The notes under the pieces: generated by a model
Databases searched by the model: none
Told to the model about the DNA's origin: nothing
Seen by the model: the letters and a program-made list of their open reading frames with translations, nothing else
From: Jimgerdemannia flammicorona
Lineage: Eukaryota
Length of the DNA stretch: 64,000 nt
NCBI GenBank assembly: GCA_003990765.1
Contig: RBNJ01000006.1
Coordinates: forward strand, 1 to 64,000
Direction of reading: 5' to 3'
Shown here: in pieces, positions 61,501 to 64,000 of the stretch
How positions within the stretch are numbered: position 1 is the first letter of the stretch
How the letters are laid out: every line of letters starts with the position of its first letter
Program-made: the position numbers and the translations under genes

Positions 61501-64000
61501 ACTTATAACTCGATCGTGCGGCCGACAGTATATCTTTGGACATATTCCAAGTCGTCACCCCACCTAAACGTTTTTTTCCCAACGTACTGGCCTTTCCAAT
61601 TTATCAACTTTGGATCGTCGTAGGGGATACAATTTTTGGAGTACGGATATACAAGAAGGTATAGAAAAATAGCGCACCCACAGAACGGTACCCGCCTTCG
61701 GGGTTCGGGAAGATCTCTTAGATTGCAAATTCTTCCTCGCCTGCTCATCCCCGCTCTCTTTGAAAACCAGGCTCTGCTTTCCATGACTGAAGCCGCTGTC
61801 GTAAAAACCCGAGGTTTAAAACGATATCGGATCCCCCAGTTTTCAGCTTACATCATAATCCCATAAGAACACATCTAGATTTTTGGTATTTTGTATTTCT
61901 CTCAGGTCGTCGGTTCGAATTAGCTTACGAAGGCCCCCAAATGTTGAAAATTCGTTGAGCAACCAAGATGACGACCCATACACTAACGCTTATTTAGCTC
62001 AATGAATTGGGAACCACCCAAGACCAAGATGGATGAGAAAGTGTTGGATCGCGTCAATAGGACTAAGTTGCGGAACACTACTCGTTCTCTTGTTTGACTT
62101 ACCTTTGATCGTTAAGATTTTACAAGAGGATTGGTATTTTGAAGGAGTGTCATTATCCGGAATTTTTGAGACAAGCTCAAAAATCAAGATTTTTGGGGAG
62201 AAGGTAAATGAAGTTTAGTCAATGGAAAAAAAATACTTCAGCTCCTATATAATATTCTTCGACCTGTCGAGAGACAAGTTCTTCAATCGCAAAATATTGG
62301 GAGGGAAGATAGAAAAGCGCCTCAAAAAAATAGGCAGTGAATTCCATGAAACTCACTTGATTTCCAGCTTGTTTCGGCTGAAAATTTTCGTCAAGTACCT
62401 TCTTCGATCTTTAATATAAAAATAATACTAAAGTCTTTTCCTGCCTATTTCGATTTTCGTTTAATAACTGTCCGCACCGAGATTGGAAAAGACTCTTCAT
62501 AAACAACACGAACTTTTGCGCGTTCGAGTAATGTTTCTTTTGATCTAAAATTTTGTGCTTTAAAGAAAGCGAACAAGATAGAGCTTCGCAAAGTTGTATC
62601 TGTAGAAAATCACACACGTTGAGATGTCGATCGCACTATTTTAAAGCACACGCTTAAGTATCGATTTTTCCCGTTACGTTATAATAAACACGCACGTCTC
62701 GACCTGTATGGGCCTGTTGATACTTCAAGACCGCTTGGGTCATAATGGCATAAAGCTTAAATTTCGGGCGAGAGAAATTTTTGGCCTGGTTGTGTCTATG
62801 TATGGTTGCACAATTTTTACCTTTAGCCATTGGAACAGGCAGAAAAATGGAAGGGACGGCGAAAGAAGGCATTATATGACAAGGGCTCTTCCACAGGCGC
62901 GAGTTAACGCCCTGAAATATTGCCATTATGAATATCCACTCCTTCTATGCTGCTTCACATACCGATTTCTCTGGCGTTGCGTCTTCGAACCTTTTAGTCA
63001 TCTCCGGCCTAGCGGGCCCTTCGAAATTCAAGTAATTAGTTGGTGTGACCGACGGTTGCACATGACGATGAACGTCAATGTAATATATTCGATTTACCCA
63101 AAACAGATGTCCCCATAAACGTGCAAAGTCAATCTCCCAAACGACGGCATCCGCACCACACGTGGTGGTCTTGTGTAAAAATTTATTCTACTCTCAGGAA
63201 TAGCGGGCCGCATGGCTGATGTAATCAGCACGGAAAATGTCATCGGCACGATGTCCCCGAATCGTACTTATCCATGTGGGAAAACGTGTTCTTGGCACGA
63301 TAGAATTGTTTAATTTTGTTGGTATGGTTAAGGCTCGCATGTTATCGATGTCGACGAAAAGCAATACTAACGTTATATGGAACACAACGACCTGCCAAAT
63401 TTCTGGTCAATAGCATTCTCAGGCTTGGTGACTACATCATGAACATATACCATACGGCCTTTGATTGCCAATAGAGGTTACTCCGCACTAGCCAATTACC
63501 CAACAAGGAACCCCATAGTTGTCACGTTTGCAGGATCGAACTGTTAATTTTATTTTATTTTATTTCGGAACCTTCCTCGTTTCTCCCATGCGTTTGCGAT
63601 AATATATTCGAAATTTCGGCGTGCCCGAAAACCTAGTCCCCTAAGCTAAGGTGAGACGTGTCCAAAATAGGAGCACGTGAAATAATGACATATCACACGA
63701 GACACCATAGATTTTCGGGCGGAAGTGCGGAAATCGAAATCTGGAATCAAAAGTAGATTGAAGGCTATCCGTGGCTGACGGCGGTTCTCCGATTTGCAGG
63801 ACCAAGGAAATATTTCAATAAAATAGCATAAATATATATTAAAAAAAGAGTGCGTTGATATCGAAATCGAGCATCTTGTTGAGAAAGATTGTGTTCCGGA
63901 TCATTCGATCATGCACAGCCTTGATTCAAGAACAATATACGATTCGTAAAAATCTATTTTTAGGCCGTATTTTTTACATTTATCAAACGAAATAGAAATG

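Noticed and set aside
62880-62990. Kinase-like GLFHRRELTP*NI..TDFSG
   Set aside because: Motif spacing wrong and no other kinase subdomains found.
63194-63385. PIN/NYN-like LFVDIDN motif
   Set aside because: Single short motif in a 63-aa ORF; no supporting acidic motifs.
57200-64000. tRNA/rRNA genes or an intact host gene
   Set aside because: No cloverleaf or rRNA motifs recognised and no ORF with a recognisable domain; short-exon genes cannot be excluded by eye.

Overview
Eukaryotic, most likely fungal, DNA (inferred from the element types, not proven). Bases 1-~57,170 are a nest of dead transposons that is almost free of CpG and heavily C>T/G>A mutated. It contains: two copies of one Ty1/Copia family (the oldest layer); a chromodomain- and dUTPase-bearing Ty3/Gypsy element (family A, 2489-15851, 2-kb LTRs) plus a solo LTR of it; a second Gypsy family (B: solo LTR 9302-10776 and truncated element 18241-25287); two near full-length copies of a third Gypsy family (C: 25288-41215 minus, 44779-55368 plus) with dUTPase and Cys-rich motifs between protease and RT; four L1/Tx1-like LINE insertions (one full length); and three copies of a palindromic MITE with 8-bp TSDs. 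Most junctions resolve to the base with TSDs. After ~57,300 the sequence switches abruptly to CpG-rich DNA with no gene I can confidently call. The most interesting signal is that the Gypsy families carry extra non-gag/pol proteins. Families B and C appear to share one homologous accessory protein, which sits between integrase and PPT in C and inside the LTR U3 in B, and shows synonymous-type divergence between copies. Family A has a different ~360-codon ORF inside its U3 with a tentative cullin-repeat resemblance. All translations and alignments were done by eye; no searches were run.
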